A program made the translations under genes and the position numbers. This document shows positions 60,570-64,000 of a stretch of DNA of 64,000 nucleotides, piece after piece. Numbering within the stretch: position 1 is the stretch's first letter; every line of letters starts with the position of its first letter. The notes beneath the pieces are model-generated. The model was given only the letters and a program-made list of their open reading frames with translations. It ran no database searches and was not told the DNA's origin. This stretch comes from Octopus bimaculoides. Taxonomy: Eukaryota. The stretch spans positions 34,956,207-35,020,206 of the forward strand of contig NC_068991.1 in the NCBI RefSeq assembly GCF_001194135.2, given 5' to 3'.

Positions 60570-61912
60570 AACGACTAACAGGGATTGAAACAATTGAACC
60601 TTAGATCAATAAGATGGTAAGGAAGTGACTCGGCCTTTTGAAGTGCCTTTCATCTGTCGCCCTTTATGGCAACTAGGGTATGCTCCAGTTGCCCCTGACA
60701 TCACTAGTGGAGGAGTACAAGGTCTCCAAGGTGCATCTGCAATCGATGGTTTCTGAGTCAAGGGACACTGTGATCCAGAACAATCCACCAGATTTGAACA
60801 CTGGTAGGAAGTGGAAGGTCACTGAGGCGATACAGCAGCTTGATGAGATGGCCCAGCATGCTGAAGTGCATGGAGTGATTATAGATGGCAGGGCTGATGT
60901 GGGGCTTGTCAAGAGAGAGCAGTTCTGGTCTGAGTCAAGTGAACAAGAACAGCTGAAGCTACGTGAACAACAAGTAAGGCAGTTGGAAGATGAGAGGCAT
61001 CTGGGTCACGCAGCACAACAAGCACAGCAGGGTCGGTGGCTGAATCGGGATGATGTCAAAAAGCTGGAGTTGAAGTAGTCTGATTGGTGGTGGTTGAGAG
61101 CAAGACATTTGAAAGCTCTAATCCAGACTGTATATGATGTGCATCTGTCTCCAGCAAATCTCAAAAAATGGGGTATCCAAGAGAGTCTACAGTGTCACTT
61201 GTGTGGGAAGTATGGCAGCCTCAAACACATGCTGTCAGCTTTCCCAAAAGCACTCCAGTCTGGATGGTATACATTTAGACATAATTTAGTGCTAAACGTT
61301 GTTGCTTCAGCTGCAAGAGAGGGTCAAGTGCCTGAACTGAGCTTGTGCAAGACAGCATTTGTGAAGCAGGGTGTGATGCCAAAGAGGCAGGAATCTCGGC
61401 AAGCCAAAGACAGAAAGTGGGAGGTGTTCCTGGACAAGCCATTGCTTGAAAGCATCATTGTGTCAGTACTCTGGCCCGACCTGGTGTTGGTAGATGAGGG
61501 TCAGAGACATGTGGTCCTTGAGGAGGAGAGCATTGCTGAGGCCCATGAATGGAAGCTGTTAGGCTATGAAGAGCTGGTAGCTGAGATTCGGGAGAAGGGT
61601 TACATCTGTGAGCTGGTTGCGTTCAAGGTTGGCTGTAGGGGTTTCCCAGCAGGTTCTCTCAGAAGGTTTCTGAAGGTGGCTGGTGTATCTGCTGTGAGAA
61701 AGACAATCAAGGAATGTGGGAAGAAAGCAGTTGAGGGTAGTGCTTGGATTACCAGGAGGTTTGCGAATGTGTACAAGATCACAGAACTGTCATGAGTCTG
61801 GTTGCAATGCAATACATCCAGCTGTTCTGGGCCCACCGTGTGGAGAGATACTGAGTTTAATGGGCCAAAATCTTGTCGAAGCATGGCACTCAGCTGATGG
61901 TTGCAGCCGGAC

Positions 61913-61914
<2 letters not shown>
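60570..61914 (+). mobile_element. 5'-truncated HERO-type RLE non-LTR retrotransposon (RT C-terminus, CCHC finger, PD-(D/E)xK endonuclease)
   Basis: LPLTSLVEEYKV...TGRKWK (60680-61078), CHLCGKYGSLKHMLS, YTFRHNLVL, LWPDLVLV, EAHEWK and VGCRGF (61094-61795), in the RLE domain order. Confidence 0.85.

Positions 61915-61964
<50 letters not shown>
61915..61964 (+). repeat. (GATA)n microsatellite at the 3' end of the HERO element
   Basis: About 12 perfect GATA units directly after the 3' UTR. Confidence 0.95.
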
Positions 61965-61965
<1 letters not shown>

Positions 61966-62982
61966 GAAACACCATGTTTTTGGTATTTCATTAATAAATA
62001 TATGTAAACACACACACGCGCGCGCAAGCGTGCACACACACATATGCACATGTACATACAAATATATAAAGATGCATGTATTCATTTCAAGAGGGTTGGA
62101 ACTCACAAACCCTAGTCTTTATATATTAATTCAATATTCAAGAATTGTTTCCCAATGATATTCCCCAGATGCTGGTGGTGGTGGTGGTGTTTAAACTCTG
62201 TACAAACAAATCATAATACAAATATTTCAGTGTTGCCACTACCAACAATAGGAATAGGTCTGTGATTCTCAACTGCAGTCCATATAAGATTTTGTCCTTA
62301 AAGTTTTTATGAAGTACATTGATTATTTGATTATACTTCTATAATACACACTATATCTTAGTAATTTTTAATACAATTCCTAATAATATTTAATTATGAA
62401 AAAAAAAGTTTTTTTAAACATTGAATAGCTAGGGGGCTTTTGTAGAGAAAAATAGGAAGTAAAAGGGTCCATAGGCAAAAAATGGTTGAGAACCACTGGA
62501 ATAAGTTAATGCAGTTGAGACCTGCTATAAATAGCAGTCAATTCTCTTAAATTACACTCTATTGACTTCAAAAAAAAAAAGGAAATGTAAATAAAATTTC
62601 ATATTGACACTTCACACATGTCAGTCATCAGGTATGTATGTATAGATGTGTGTGTGTTTAATAATGTACCGTATATAGTATGTCTGTATTCTTGTATGCA
62701 GTGTAAATTAATCCAAACAAATTACATGTTGGCACTCCTGGGGTCTCATACCATTAACATGTAAAATTTGATTTGATTTGGTTGGGCCATTTGAGAATGC
62801 ATTGGGAACAGACAGAGATACAAAGGATTATATATATATATAGATGAAACACCATGTTTTTGGTATTTTATTAATAAATATATATAAATACACACACACA
62901 CACACATGTACATACATGTACATAAAGATGCATGTATCCATTTCAAAAGGGTTGGAACTCACAAGCCCCAGTCTTTATATAT
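61961..62982 (+). repeat. Local direct duplication of a ~150-bp unit
   Basis: TAGATGAAACACCATGTTTTTGGTATTT...GGGTTGGAACTCACAA.CCC.AGTCTTT at 61961-62127 and 62841-62982. Confidence 0.85.
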
Positions 62983-63961
62983 CTAGAATGTAGTTCTAGA
63001 TATGCTTGAAGAAAAAGATAAGATTCTCACAGCTGGAACACTTTTCCCAATCAGGCATAAACAAGAAACTATTGGAAAAATTCCATGCTCAACTGGAAAG
63101 GAATATATTAGATTACTTAAAATCTCCCCACAAAATACTTGTTTTTCATGAAACTAGATGAACTCTTGCTGACCTGTGACAGAAGAATTTAGAAAGAGCA
63201 AACTGCTGCTGATGCACTTTAAGCAGAAAAGAAAGCAATATGAAATTTGCTACCTATAAAAAAAGAAGTTATAATCCTTCAAAATAACAATAAAAAAAAA
63301 AAGAGAATGCAAAATATCATAATTAAACTGTTTTAACAACTGGGTCACCTCTACAGATGGGTTTCATTCTGACAATGGAGTAGGGTGTGGTGCTACCTGG
63401 AATTTTCAGAACAATAATAAAAATATGATCTTAAGACTACATCATAATTAACAATATATGAAGCAGTGTAGTTGGGAATGATAACATCTTTAGATTCTTC
63501 TAAAGCAGTATTTCTCAAATTTTTTAAACTATCATCTTTTTTTTTTCACTAACATTTTTTCAAAACCTCTTTGCTACAGTTCAACACCCTCCATACATAT
63601 TTTTAATGTACATACATGTAATATATGGTCAGAGTAATTTTGTTTTGGGTACTAGTTTGATGTGGGTGACTTCTTACCGCAGAACCACAGTACTACATGC
63701 AATTATTTGAAAAATTATTGCTTGATCTTCATTATTGACACAGTCTTTAGAATGTGGCTTCAACTAAATTCATGTATGTATTCTTTGTACTTCATATACA
63801 TCCTGAAACTTATAGTGGAAATCTATCTTTATATCATGATTTCCAAATGTTCACTCACTCAGACACTGATATCTCTCTTCACAGGCAGGTTTACATATGA
63901 GTATAGTTTACTTGATTGACAAATGACACACAGAGCTGGAACCAACATTGTTCAAACATGT

Positions 63962-64000
<39 letters not shown>

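Noticed and set aside
1-64000. CRISPR arrays, rRNA genes, operons or horizontally acquired prokaryotic genes
   Set aside because: None seen. The repeats are microsatellites and eukaryotic TEs, and the only host gene is intron-containing.

Overview
AT-rich, repeat-dense eukaryotic (metazoan) genomic scaffold with six N-gaps. The SINE/RTE repeat families and microsatellite load look like a coleoid cephalopod, most likely Octopus (my recognition, not a search). One complete protein-coding gene can be assembled by hand on the minus strand: GPATCH11 (G-patch domain protein 11/CCDC75), with six GT-AG coding exons at 56543-56488, 35589-35360, 33089-32848, 22677-22564, 19890-19809 and 18054-17993 (786 nt, 261 aa, 20.9-kb first intron). 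There is one intact tRNA-Ala(UGC) gene at 10294-10365 (-), and an RFX/CCAAT-type promoter-like patch near 5.0 kb with an unassigned candidate exon. The rest is transposon debris: a Penelope-like element, a Gypsy internal region interrupted by a mariner fragment, a solo LTR, HERO- and R4/Dong-type RLE LINE fragments, many RTE fragments, an I/Jockey-type endonuclease relic, Tc1/mariner and hAT remnants, MITE/foldback hairpins and several SINE families. The most interesting signal is RNA structure not explained by these annotations. There are at least four type-I hammerhead-ribozyme-like motifs (7776-7863 +, 42329-42400 -, 48233-48282 +, 57668-57707 -). The one at 42329-42400 lies in the sense orientation of GPATCH11 intron 1 and is intact except for an A15.1:C16.1 mismatch. 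There is also a duplicated H-type pseudoknot motif with pairing-preserving substitutions (53440-53660). All coordinates were counted by eye. Exon, tRNA and ribozyme positions should be exact or nearly so; repeat boundaries are approximate.
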